Shown here: piece after piece, positions 1-12,477 of the stretch
Layout of the letters: each line of letters opens with the position of its first letter
Numbering within the stretch: position 1 is the stretch's first letter
NCBI GenBank assembly: GCA_010015585.1
Contig: ML975155.1
DNA from: Eremomyces bilateralis CBS 781.70
Taxonomy: Eukaryota
DNA length: 64,000 nucleotides
Strand: one strand, 5' to 3'
Translations under genes and position numbers: made by a program
Notes under the pieces: model-generated
Seen by the model: only the letters and a program-made list of their open reading frames with translations
Told to the model about the DNA's origin: nothing
The model's database searches: none

Positions 1-366
1 AGACGGGATAAAACAGGTTAATGCAAAGGCAGATATGAGACATCTGAGTCTCTAATGATCTGCACAGGGAGTTCAAATATCGTTTGATGCCGGACGATAG
101 ACTCGTTTTCCATGGTTCAACCCGTAAGTCATGGAGGAGCTCGAATCACACAAGAATTCATGGAAATTTTAATCGTAAAATGCCTAGTTGAAAGCATAAC
201 CTTGACTGACGTACCCATGTTCGATATCCATCCCCTGCAGACCCATGGATGTCCTTTCCTGCTCTCTTCTAGACTTCGTGCTATGTCATCGAGCATTGAA
301 ATCATGCGGACAGCCGACATTTAGGCGCAATGAAGACGCCACGTCCCGGCATGTCTTCTTCGTACC

Positions 367-1548
367 TCAGTATTTGCTTTCGAAGCTCGCCCCAAGACCA
401 TACAACCCTTTGACCAAGCCTAAGACAGCCTCGAATGTTGGATCTCCTGGCTCTTTCTTAGTGGCTCTTTTGGTGATGATCGTCGCTTCCACATCTGGCA
501 CCTTCCAGTCCTTTAATGTGGTTTTGAGGTCTAGCGACTCGACCAGATCTAATATGGCCTTCCCTACGGCTTTCGCATCGGCAATGTCATCCCCACTGCG
601 TGGGCGCCCAATGTAAGGGAGCATTCTGGCGATCTGGGCTGCGTCCGCGGGGTTAGACTCTGCCTTTAGCTGTACAACGTGACCAAGCGTCAGGCATGAC
701 GTGAAGCCGTGGGGGATGGAGTATGGTGAGCCGAGTGCGTAGCCGAGGACATGACTAAGGCCGAGTGGGCCAGAGACATTAAGGCCCAGGAATCCGAGCG
801 AGGCAAAGGCGCCGAGTTGAAGGTGCGTGATGGTCTCCTCGTTGCGAGGATCTTGTTTATACTTCGGGAGGTATGTAAATAAAGTTGAGATCGCTGATAG
901 ACACATCTGGCGAGCAGGAATCTCCGTCGCATTTGGATGATACATGAGTTCGACGGCGTGGTCGATTGCGCGGAAGCCGGTGGAAATCCAGAGTCGTGGC
1001 GGTGTCTCCAGAGCGAATATAGAGTCATATATGACCACACGGGGTGCCAGTGCGGGATCACTGACGGCTATCTTGAGGCCGTGTTCATTGGAGTAGCCGC
1101 CATTCATTGTGCATTCCGCAGCACTTAGCGTCGTGGGAATAGTGATGTGGAACAAGTATTTTCCCAGCTTCTCGTTCACACGGTAAGAAATTGCCTTAGC
1201 CGAATCGATCGGGCTCCCGCCGCCGACACTGATGATTGTGTCGATATTCGGATCCTCGACCACACGGTCGGTTGCCTGGTCCAGTTGAGCTACGGGAGCA
1301 TGCTGCTTGATGTCCGCAAATGTCCCGGCATGGTTCGCACCAAGCAAGCTTTCAACCTGTTTAATGAGGCCGGTCTTCGTAGCCAGCGAAGAACCGGTTA
1401 TGATGAAAGCTTTCGACTTCGGTGATGGAAGGGCATTGACTAATTGCTTCGACACGGAACCCGATCCATAATACAATTGCTGCAACTGTGTCGGCTTCCA
1501 CAGCCCAGACGAGGTATTCGTTGTACTCGCCATTGATTCACCAGGCAT
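367..1548 (-). CDS. Iron-containing alcohol dehydrogenase family protein, maleylacetate-reductase-like; single exon
   Basis: 393-aa ORF with GGGSPIDSAK NAD-binding motif, IPTTLSAAE, RAIDHAVE, GLSHVLG and IPHG metal-site motifs of the Fe-ADH/MAR family. Confidence 0.85.
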   Translation of the reverse strand: MPGESMASTTNTSSGLWKPTQLQQLYYGSGSVSKQLVNALPSPKSKAFIITGSSLATKTGLIKQVESLLGANHAGTFADIKQHAPVAQLDQATDRVVEDPNIDTIISVGGGSPIDSAKAISYRVNEKLGKYLFHITIPTTLSAAECTMNGGYSNEHGLKIAVSDPALAPRVVIYDSIFALETPPRLWISTGFRAIDHAVELMYHPNATEIPARQMCLSAISTLFTYLPKYKQDPRNEETITHLQLGAFASLGFLGLNVSGPLGLSHVLGYALGSPYSIPHGFTSCLTLGHVVQLKAESNPADAAQIARMLPYIGRPRSGDDIADAKAVGKAILDLVESLDLKTTLKDWKVPDVEATIITKRATKKEPGDPTFEAVLGLVKGLYGLGASFESKY

Positions 1549-3679
1549 TGGGTTATGCTTTATTATTGGCAGTAACAGTTTTAGTGAGAATGGGAAGTTC
1601 TCAACCCCGAGGCAAACAGGAAGTCAACGGCAATTGCGGAGCAGTGTTGCACGGCTTGGTAAGCTGTGTGACTTCAATCCGAGGTCCAATAAAGCGGGTG
1701 AGAATTGGTGAGACTAATCACTAAAGTAAAAGTAACATGAACATTTGTAGACTTTTTGTTGTCTTCGAAACAGTATAATCGGTAAAAGGAACGACGGCAA
1801 GTTGACCGCCAGAATGCCAGAATGGCCGCCTCGGCCGCCTCGGCCCACCGTGCACGCTCATTGGTCGAAACCCTTCATCCGAAGATTTCCCGGCCGCTCT
1901 GCCCAATCCGCCTGCTTCGACGTCACATATAAAACGCGCATTCCACCATTCCTTCTTCTGCCGTTTTATTTCGTCGCTCTCGTCGTCTTCCCCTTCCTTC
2001 TCCTCTCAAACCCCCCAACTACTGCGGCGACCGAGAATCCACGACCGCTCTTCATTCTTCGCTTGCTCCCTGCTCCCCCTGCGTCTCTGGTTTTCGCTGC
2101 GTTCCCTAGCCGCCGCCCTCCCTCCGGATCGCCGTCCCAAATGTTGCACTCTGTCTATACAGCGCTGCGGTCTCTTCTGCCGGTCATTTCATTCTGGAGG
2201 AACTCGTCTGCCTGGATCACCAGGTACACCTCCCGTTTCCCTAGACCGTTTCTCTCACTCTCGAGCGTGGGACTGACTCTCTCCCAGAATCCGAATCCGA
2301 ATCCAACCTCCTCCCTCTCCATGCTCCTGCCCAAGTTCAGCAGATGGCCGACCATCTCGCGCACGTCCCGCTCGCGAGCTCGGAGTGGCCCACACACACC
2401 CCGGCATTGGGGGCCGCTGATCCCGTTCGGCCACGCCGAGTTCAGCGCCTGAGTCCACCGTCACCCTCAATCCGAGTCATGGAAGTCGGTCACAAGGTCC
2501 ACGGCTTATAACGATCCTAGATCCCTGTATCATTGTTTTCGTCGCTTTGCTACCTACGTGGCATTGTCGGACTCGTGGGCTGAGCCGGTCTGGATGAGGC
2601 GGAGATGAGGGAGGAAAAGCAAGGCAACGGCGAGGCGAGCAGTGGCGGTCGCGGTCATGCTCAAGGAGGGCCACGAGAGGACGAGAGGGCGAGACGGTGA
2701 GACGGTGAGATGCACACGCATGTTACTCTTCCCCCTTTAGCTCCTTGGCTTTCCGGAAGTGGTTGGTGAGTTGGAAATCTATCTGACACCCGGCGATCCC
2801 GAAGGATCTCCAAAAAAAAAACCTGCTCATCTCGCCTAGCCTGCTGAGCCCGCGTCTCAGGCAGCAGCTGGAGCGGTCGAGGGGATAGGTATGGTTGGAA
2901 TGCAGGGGATTGAAAGAGGCGGAGGGACTCGCTCCAAATCTGGGACGTTATTGAATGATGACGCTGTCACCAGACACACCTGATGCAGCATGTATCACTG
3001 TTCTGTCCTAGAAAGGCCGCACCACCATCAGGCGCGAATCTCGGACTGAGTTTCCCGAGGGAGCGCAGCTCTTGTTCCGGTCCAAGATTGAGCTACCCTT
3101 TTCCGATCCACCGTTAGAAGCGGCAAGTTCGGAGGCTCAGCAGCTCCATGTTGCGCATTATCGCATGACGAGGGCTTTCGCGCCGCTGGAAACGCGCGAT
3201 CCTTCAGGGGGACGAAGGCATAATGCGTGCCTCGTTGAAAGGCTGCAATGGTGCAATTCAGGATCGAGAAGGGGACACGTCAGCTCAGCCTCCTTCGCTC
3301 CGGTAGATGGGCGAGGAGGCGATATCATGCTTGATTGGCTTTCTGCGCTTCAGTCCTTCTACCTGGAAGACCGCTGCAAGTACTCCAGGAAGTGGGTATG
3401 CTCGTCTAGGGCTGGTGAGGGCATTTCATGCCTCCTGACCCTTTGATTGAATCGATGGCCTCGGTCCTGTCAGGCTCACTCTTCTCGCAAGATCCGATTT
3501 GGAAGCGCCGGGCCAGAGCTGGTGGATGATCCGCATACGGGCGAGCTGATAAACAAGGCGAGCCTGCTTCACGGCATAAAGGTTTCACTGCTTCCTGCTC
3601 CCTCCTTTCAAAGGTCAGCAACCCCCTCGCACCTTTTCAAGGGCCACACGCATTCAGTGAGAATTGCGCGAAAGCAGAC

Positions 3680-5840
3680 ATGGCGGTCGCTACAGCCCCT
3701 TATTCCTTCGATCCGCAACAATTGCGAATTCTGTCGCCCGATAACTTTCGCAATTATTCTAGCCCGCCAATGGGCCAGCAACCCGAGCGTCGGATGCCAA
3801 AAAGCGGATGCGGAGCTAATACCACTCCTGACATCTCTTCTAACGGCCCATGGACCGATATTGATGACATTCTGAAGGGCGAAGGCTTGGCCGGGCCAGA
3901 GCATACGCAGGAATCATTGTGCGAGGCATTCATAGGAAGCTGTACGGGTGAGTTCCCAGCGATGCTGCGCGAACAGCTTCAGAAGAGGACTATATACTAA
4001 TCTCTCTTAGATGCAGCTATACTCATCGAAGACAGCGAATCGGGCACTGATTCCGAAGATGAGCTGCCTTCTCTAAACGCATTGCTTAGTGCGGGCTCCC
4101 GACCGGAAACCGGTGGGACGCCGGCCGCCGATGGATTCCGTGATTCGAGCTCGTCACAAGCGATAGAGAGCGGCGAAATTCCGCCGTCTGGAAAGAACGG
4201 CGAACCCTCTACTGGCGTCGGCATGTCCCGGAGCAGTAGCGACTTATGTGAGTCCGCGTATCCCTTCCAGTGCTTCGTCTTACGCTAACGCAAATGGCAG
4301 CCAACTACTGTACTATAGACGACGACCTCTCAGTAGCGGACCATACGCGACTGCTATTTGAGAGCCTCGTTCAATCTACCGAAACGGCCGAATCTGGCAA
4401 CCAGCAACCTTCAGGTATGGCCTCGCCGCGCTCTAGAATAGGCATGACCCGACTAACAGAGCAAACGGATGGCATCGCCGATGAAAACCACGACCTTGAA
4501 ATCAATCTGTCGTCCCTTGAACAAAGGAAGCGGAACGGTTCCTCCTCCTGCACGACCCATCCACCGATCTCGGTGCTGCGCCCGACGCTAGATCACAACA
4601 TCAGATAGACCGGCAGCCATTAGAGGAGCAGCGTCCAGCGAAGCGACCGAGACGGTCTCGTTCCGGCGAGGCGCCACCATCCGTCGCCGCTGTCCACGAT
4701 ACTGGGCTTGACTGTTCAGGGCGGCGCGAGACTCCACCCATATATCATCGTGTAGGGAAGGAACGACCGGTCTCTGCCAATGCCGAGACATCTCCCCAAG
4801 ACGGTGATAAGAGCGGCGCAGCGGATAATAAAGGAAGTGCGCGAAGCGAGCACATAAACCGCGACCGCTCTAGCAACCGTGGGCTGACCAGCACTGGCCT
4901 ACGACCGGCTTCGTCTCCCCGTGTAATGAGAGCGTACCAGCGACGTGAGACCGACGATCCGATTCGCGAGCATAGCCAGCTAGGAGACACTGCTGATTAT
5001 GGTCGCGGCTGTGGCGGTGACACAGACGAAGAGCATGCCGTGGATAACAACTATAGAACAACGTCGCCGGGACCGCCACTGGCGCGAAGGAATCGAGGCA
5101 AGATCCAGCGCAGAGGTCGACCGTTCCAGTCGGATGCTGGGAGGAACATACCCACGCTCGCACGGGATCAGCGGATTCCACGCTGCTTGAGCAGCCCGCA
5201 TCCCGACTCCTCAGCAGCCAGAAGCGACGATCGAGGCCCTCGGTACAGCCACGAGAGCGTACCTTTCACCATGGCCCGGCACAATATAACCGACACTTCT
5301 CTTCGTCCAACGGCGGGGGACACTTTCCTAGCAGCTACGATCAAGATCGATAGCAACACCAAGGCGATTTCTTGCGGCATGTTACTCACGCTTCTCGAGA
5401 GAATCCTAGGCCATACAACGAAAGTACAAGACATGACGCTCAAACCGCTCTTAGAAGGCCAATGGCTGCTGACCGGTTTCCTGTGCAGACCTTGCATCAA
5501 TGTCGTCGCCACCACGCAGTGCGAGACTACGCCAAACTGGCGAAGGAGTGCTGCCTCGGGGACCGACTCGGAAGATGACGGTAGCGTCGGCGGGAACGAT
5601 AGTAGCGTCAGCGACTATGGTATCGAGGACGATAATTACATCGGTCAGGGCGTACATGGGCGAAGGAATCGGCGCTGGGAGCCTTTGGAGGATGAGCGCT
5701 TGCGGGCGTGCAGAGTAGAGGGAAAGTCATGGGAGTGGATCTCGAAACAGTTCCCGGGTAGGACGCCGGGCGCCGTGTGTACCCACTGGCACACGATAAA
5801 AAGGTCACGGGAAGGAGTGGATGAGGCAACGGATCCTTAG
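3680..5840 (+). pseudogene. Multi-exon gene for a largely disordered protein with a C-terminal Myb/SANT domain; apparently frameshifted
   Basis: C-terminal RRWEPLEDERLRACRVEGKSWEWISKQFPGRTPGAVCTHW is a Myb/SANT repeat. GTGAGT...AG introns near 3948-4009 and 4248-4300 join the upstream ORFs. The reading frame must switch between about 4521 and 4605 to reach the 4521-5840 open frame, and no good intron explains this. Start uncertain. Confidence 0.55.
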
Positions 5841-6855
5841 CGCTACAGTGATGAACTGGATGCCCACATGGCGCGGGAGATGCTTGGTTCTTCTTCTGAT
5901 CCATCGATAGGATTGACTCTTAATTTCTGCAATACTGTTTGCAATTTCCATTTAGGAATGCAAAATTGGGGTGTCTTGGCGAATTGTGAGGAAGTTGCGA
6001 AATTTCGAATGGGGTCCACGGAAGCGAGAAGGATTTGCACTCGATATGGGCAGATATTTGACGTGGAAAAGAGCTATCAGTCGAGACTTCAATTCAATAT
6101 AATACTCCATTCTCCAAACCTCTCCGCTTTGCCACTTTCTTTTCTTCTCGTGTTTGCCTGTTCCTGCCACCGGCGCACTTCTTGCCACAACGTCATGATA
6201 AACGAGGAAATGGACAACCTTTCCTGGCCCACATTCTTGATTGACCTTGTAGAAGTATTGATACGTGATTGATTGATCTATCTAGGAGTATGGGAGGCCT
6301 CGGAGGAATAGGAGGTAACCACACATTATACTAGCCGTATTGGGATGTCACCTGACTCCCAACCTCTAGAGGATGGTTGATATCCAACAAATTAGAGCTC
6401 GAGAGGTGAGTATTCCGCTTTGGCTGGTGCCGGATTGTGTCGCATTACGCGGGGATGATGATCAAGCAAGGTCGATGCTTAAGCTCAGTTACTGCAGAGA
6501 CACGATGCAAGTTGTTATTGACGATTCCCATTGTCTGGAAGAGATCTAGCTAGCAAGGCAGTTGAAGATAAAGCTAGATATATAGGAAAGGACTGAGGAG
6601 TCCTGATTAGGCTTAGCCTAGGGGTACTGGGCAGCGATTGGAATGTTGCGTGGCATTGGAAATCAACAGGGGCATTTTGCGACAGATTGACCAACACGGC
6701 GAACCGCGTATTCCGTCCAAGACCGCCCTCCGGAAAGTGAATGTTCTTGCATTATCTGACGGTAAATTTGGAAAATTTCGTTTAGATTTACTAGAGGGAA
6801 TTGGATAACTTACAATGTAATCGTTCCATATCACTTAGTAATCCACCAACCTCAT

Positions 6856-6886
6856 AGTTAGTTATTTAGTTAGTTAGTTAGTTAAG
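6856..6886. repeat. (TTAG)n/(TAAC)n simple repeat
   Basis: agttagttatttagttagttagttagttaag read directly. Confidence 0.8.
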
Positions 6887-7194
6887 TGCCATATTTGTGA
6901 AGGTTGTCAAAAGATTCATCTCTACCCTTCATCTTGCAGAGAACCGTCCCTTTCCCCACACGCTACCCCGGAATCCTACCAGTGCCCTGGAATACTCCCC
7001 CGGAATACTATGGAGGTGGCGGTGCCGGTGCCCATGGTGCCAAGCGCTAGATCCGGATCTAATCAATCTAACAGTAGGGTTGATGCCACCTCGTCCAATC
7101 ACTCGTCCATTTTGACGACCATACTAGACGACAACTCCATACTACTTCTATCCGTCCTAACTAATGATTTTAGGTAGATCACTGCACCGCCGGC

Positions 7195-7204
7195 CGGTAT
7201 ACCG
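7195..7204. promoter_or_regulatory. CGGTATACCG palindrome, candidate Zn2Cys6 site upstream of the MFS gene
   Basis: CGG-N4-CCG about 215 bp upstream of ATG 7419; the identical 12-mer CGGTATACCGCG recurs at 13829-13840. Confidence 0.55.
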
Positions 7205-7418
7205 CGCTTCGATGTGCAACTTTGGCCGAACCGATTACACGGTGCATCTGGCCGGCTTGGCGACTCTGCACACGCAGATGGAAACTGCATATGCTCAGCT
7301 CTATTTAAACCCACAGGATACTACGATCTTCACGCCATAAGTCCCTCATTCTCTTCTAATATCATCACCCAACAGCGAAGAAACAAGTACGTGCGACTCG
7401 ACCTCTTTTGCTACCACA

Positions 7419-9220
7419 ATGTCAGACAAGGAAGCTGGCCAGAGGGCAGACCACCTGGAGACCACTACCGGCGACAACGCCAGCGAGATAATCAAGCAGA
7501 CAATTACCGTCGACACGTTGCACAATGATGAGGCAATGAAAGTGCTCGGGAACGCAAGGACCACTGACGCCGTTGACTGGGACGAAGATGAGGAACGGAG
7601 GCTCGTTCGCAAACTGGATTGGAAGTTGATGCCACTGCTCTTTCTGACATTTGGACTCCAATTCTACGACAAAGCATTGTTGTCTTCAGCAGTAAGTATC
7701 AGTGCCAATTATTATGGAAAAACGGTTTAAGATTTCACATACAGGCCCTTTTTGGAATGCGAGAGGACCTCAACCTAACCGGAAATCGATACAACATGTC
7801 TTCTTCCATCTTCTACTTGGGATATATTGCTGGTGCACTACCCACAGCGCTACTAGCACAACGATTCAAAGTCGAACGTGTTGCTGCGGGTCTCATCTTT
7901 GTTTGGGGCGCTTGTTGCACTGCCGCTGTTGGAGCTCGTAACTTCCAAACCTTGTACATCCAACGCTTCTTTCTTGGATTTTTGGAGTCTGGCATCTCTC
8001 CAATCTTCATGGTTATGGTGTCGAGCTTCTACAAGAAGGACGAGCAGGCATGGCGCCAGGGAATATGGTTTTCGGCCAGTAGGCTCTCAGCAATGTCCCA
8101 AGTTCGGAGAGTTCCACTAACAGTTTCTCAGGTGCTTTTATCAGCGTGCCTGGTCCACTTATCAACTATGGACTTGGACACATCACAGGCTCCCTTGCGC
8201 CGTGGAAATATATGTTCATTGTGGCAGGATGCCTCACAATGCTGTGGAGCATTGTGGTGTACTTCTTTATGCCACCAGATCCAATCCGAGCAAAGGGATT
8301 TACAGAAAGGGAGCGGTTCATCCTCGTCGCACGATTGCGATCTAACAACACGGGTGTCCGCAATACTCATTTCAAGGCCGCACAACTTATCGAAACCTTG
8401 GCCGATCCACGATTTTTGCTCACGTTTGCTATGGCATTCTTGATTTTCATTGTCAATGGCCCGGTTTCAACCTTCATGCCACTCATCATTGCCAGCTTTG
8501 GCTATAGTGGTTTCAACAGCCTACTTCTGTCGATACCAGTAGGTGCATTTGGCGGTGTCAGCGCACTTGCGTCAGCCTATTTGGCCCATCGTGTAGCTAG
8601 GCGCGGATGGAGAACATGGGTTATGATCGCGTTCCTAATTCCAGCCATCGTTGGTTCTGTTCTCTTGTGGCAAGTCGAGAGGAAGCATCAAGGGCCATCC
8701 CTCCTAGGTATCATCCTGTTGGGAGGGTTTGCTTCCCCATATGGTATCCTTATGGGTATACAGACTGCCAACACTGCAGGATATACCAAAAGATCGGTCA
8801 CTGCTGCTGGTATCTTTGTGGGTTACTGCCTGGGTAAGTACGATCATGGTCGACATTTCCCACCGCTCCGGCCATCCTCCGCTCCCCAATGCTCGAGATT
8901 ACTATACTCCAGAGACAGCTAACCAACTTTTCAGGCAATTTCACTGGCCCACTTCTATTCAAACCAGAAGATGCTCCTGGATACGCACCAGGGTTCTTGA
9001 GTGTTTTAATAACGAGTATAGCAGCCGGTGTCCTGGCCGTTGGATACAGATATATTTGCGTTTGGGAAAATCACAAACGCGACAAATCCGGTGTTGCGGA
9101 GGGCTTTGAGCATGCTTACGACGATGATGTCACGGACATAAAGGTATGTAGAATGTCTGTGAATCTGTTAGAACTCGATGCTAAGGAATGCAGAATCCAC
9201 AATTCAGATATAATATCTAG
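7419..9220 (+). CDS. MFS transporter, allantoate permease/anion:cation symporter (DAL5-like) family
   Basis: EERRLVRKLDWKLMP, QFYDKA, RFFLGFLES and NTAGYTKR motifs plus NPQFRY C-terminus; introns at about 7692-7744, 8079-8130, 8834-8934 and 9144-9193; TAG at 9218-9220. Confidence 0.9.
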
Positions 9221-9827
9221 CGTGGGAAGTGTGCGCTCGATATACCGAGAACATAGAATTCTACCTATCACCAGCGATGCTTCGCGTAATTTGTCGTTGC
9301 TGGGTTAGTTGCTCCGTGTTGGCCGAAGGGTTCTCCCAAAGGATTCGAGAGTTCTGTATATACGCACTCTATCTCGTTGAAAACGGTTTTGATTGAGCCA
9401 TAAAGCTCCAGACCCCATTCTAAATTGAAAGCGCATCGAGGTAGACGTTCACGGGACAGTGAGGTTTTGCTGTCGCAGGGCCAACTGGAGTGTCATTTCC
9501 GTGAATAGTATGGGTTGCAAGTAACCCGTCAATTAAGTTATCAACGATCGAACAGGTACAGGCGATGGCCTGTCTCGATTACTTGGGCATTATACAGATC
9601 GTTGGTTCTTGGCATCTAGCCTTCAGTGACAACCTCTGTGGTTTGCGCATAGGCTCCGACCATCTGGCATACGACCTAATATTGACATTGATGATTGACT
9701 TAGATTAAGGAACTTGTACTGTATTCTATATGACTAAAACCTAGAAATATCGGGTGAAGAAGTAAATGCGGAGAGCATGGAAAGCCACGAAACTATAACC
9801 GGGTAGCTATATCGATGATTCCAACCA

Positions 9828-11882
9828 TCAGTGCTGGAATGCAGCAAGGTCTTGAACTTTTTCATGCGCTTCCATCCCAACTGTACCGGTGAATGCATTC
9901 TCGGAGCCCGGAAGATTTTGTTGTGCTCGCTCACTATTGAATGTTGCGGACGGCTTTTTTCCAGCGACGATGGAAAGGATCTCCGCCACGTCTATGGTGT
10001 CCGCTGAGGCGCTCTCTGGGCATCGCCAGGCAACATGGTCGTCCGGTCGGACTAAGACTGCATCTCTTTCCCATACCTTTCGTGCAGCTCTTTCCTTTGG
10101 AAGGTGCACCGACTTCAGTGGCACGCCCTGCACAGATGCAACGGTTGAAAACGCTTGAAAATAGGCCGCTTCGGGTGTGAAATCGACCAGGGTGTACTCG
10201 TTTCCGGTGCCGAATAAGTCGAAGATGCTTGTCTGGCCGTCAGAGAGAAAGAGATGTGGAGCGCGGGCACCGGGCCACGTCGAGGGGACATAGTGCTTGT
10301 AGTTCCATGTCGGCTCTGCTTTCGGATCCTCGCTAATAACCGACGGAGAGTTGTTGTACCTGTACCCCAACTCAATACCGTGATCCGTGTTTTCTCCGTT
10401 GTGTGCTGCAACATGCTCAGAAATTTTGGCTCTCAACGCTGCTCCGTCGTCCGAATCTAGAGAGGCCATCTTTGGTACCGCAAGGCACCATTGACGGTAG
10501 GTGTGATGTACCATTTGGTGGACTCCAGAACGCTCGATATTCCTCGCAGCGACAGGTCGTCGTTCGGCTTCATAAGAATCCAGGAGATGCGGCCCTCCGT
10601 GGCCACGTACAACTGCTGCAATTTTCCAGCCAATGTCGAAACTGTCTCCCACCGCCGTGTTCATGCCATAACCGCCGGTTGGAATGTTCTGATGCGCCGC
10701 ATCTCCAGAGATAAATACCCGTCCGCCGCTTGACGTGTAATTATTCGCTAGATAAATGTTTGGCCGCCAGAGGCTGGTGACCAAAACCTCATCGACTTTG
10801 ATCTCAAATGGAGTGAGTTCACCACCAAGAGCGGTATATATGGCAGTGCAAGGGTCAATTTTAGAGACATCAGTGCCCAAGGGGACAGGGTTGTGGACCG
10901 TCCAAGTATCCTTCTCGTCTTGCGAAATGATGACTGAGCCGCTCGCAAAGAAGATATGCCAAAATTGCCCCTGCTGGTGCAAACGCGTCAGATCTCTTGA
11001 CTTGAAATGGATGAGATGCATCGCGGCAGGTCTCAACTCGTAGTTAGCGATGAGAATGAAGAGATAGGTGGATATACTTACACAGGTCCGCCTTCTAACT
11101 TGCTTCCAATGGCGGTTCTGACTTTGCTCCCTGCACCATCGCATCCTATGACATATAAGGACCGAATGATATGCCGGATCCCTTCAGCATCGACCACGAT
11201 GGATTCGACATAGGACTCCTTTTCGATCAAGCTTTCGAATTTCCAACCGAAATAGGTTTCGATGCTGGATGAGATTTGCAATTTAGGCTTCAACCAGGCT
11301 TCAAAGATTGCTTGAGAGCATCTCTGATACGGCTCACGTGGCATGGAACCGTCATTTTGCTCGCGTATCCGTGCCCGCCAGCTGTTCGGCGATGGAAGTT
11401 CCTTTTTGAGTTAATATTGGTACCGAACCCGAACAGGTTTATGCATTAACCTACCCATTTACCCATTATCTTGCCATTGTCAGACAGGCCAGTGCTAAAA
11501 TTGACATTAAACGAGTAATCCTGAGGAACACCTAATGTCGTTTAAGCAGTTGTTCAGGGGGTTCAAAGTGGGTGTGGCCAGGAGAGCAGATCAGCGTTAG
11601 GGGAGAAGATAGACATACCAACGTCGCGAAGCCCTTGGTCTATACCGAGACGTTTCAAGATCTCCATACTCCTGCAGTTCGTAATGTCCATCTTTGGCCA
11701 TTTAGTCGTGTCGAAGTTACGCTCGACCAACATGCATCGGGTGCCATTTGACGCCAATTGCAAAGCGGCAATCAGACCAGCCGGCCCAGCACCGACCACC
11801 AACACCGGTGCCTCATGCTCGACAGTTGCCTATTCGGTCAGTCGAGTCGGTTGCTTGCTTTGGGTTCGGGGGTGCCAACCAT
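9828..11882 (-). CDS. FAD-dependent aromatic-ring monooxygenase (FAD_binding_3, PheA/TfdB-like, with C-terminal thioredoxin-like domain)
   Basis: VVGAGPAG, IGCDGAGS, FISGDAAH..GGYGMNTAVGD, PGARAPH and LVRPDDHVAWR motifs across spliced ORFs. The probable first exon is only the ATG (11882-11880), followed by a ~50-nt intron giving MATVEHEAPVLVVGAG. Confidence 0.88.
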
Positions 11883-12084
11883 ATTAAATTCTTCCTAGAA
11901 TGAGTGTAGTGCGAAGACTACCCGAAGCGTTGTACGGAGGTCAGTGCCTTGATCCGAAAAACAAAAACGGCGAGTTCTATCAGATGGATTCGAGCACCTA
12001 TATCTAGCGTGTCGTGAAGAGCCGGACAACCAGGTATAAACCCTCCAGGTTAGCCCGGCACCGGCGCGGAGTTGGTAGTGGGGA

Positions 12085-12094
12085 CGGTATTCCG
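12085..12094. promoter_or_regulatory. CGGTATTCCG, candidate Zn2Cys6 site upstream of the FAD monooxygenase
   Basis: One mismatch to CGGTATACCG, about 200 bp upstream of ATG 11882. Confidence 0.5.
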
Positions 12095-12477
12095 GGCCAG
12101 CCGCCTTTGTTGGTGCGCGCTCTGCCCTAGAAAGCCTACCTTACCGTCCTCGAACGATATATCTCGTGATACAGCATTCCGTCCAACACTCTTCAGCCCT
12201 CTTCTCTCTGGAGGAATGTCCCGTTTGCCACCATGTCTAGGTCCGCGGCCCCGAAATGAGTCTAGCATATATTGTCACTTCGGATTCATGATTGACTCTA
12301 ACTCAAATTTTGGGCTCCCGACTGACTTATACTGCATGTCACGAGCGTGGTAGTAAACAGAACGTACTTGCTACGCAGATGGATGATACGAGATGATGTC
12401 CAGCAGCGATTGAAGAGGTCAAATATAGAGTATACTAGGTCAAACCAACCAATATTCACAGTTATGTACCACCCACA

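Noticed and set aside
1802..2674. 216-aa and overlapping ORFs rich in Pro/Ser/Arg
   Set aside because: Low-complexity CT-rich sequence, non-ATG start and no recognisable domain; not supportable as a gene
11830..11882. ATG-only first exon in the monooxygenase (also cdc4 at 39354)
   Set aside because: Start-codon-only first exons are common in fungal genes; used for the gene models but not novel
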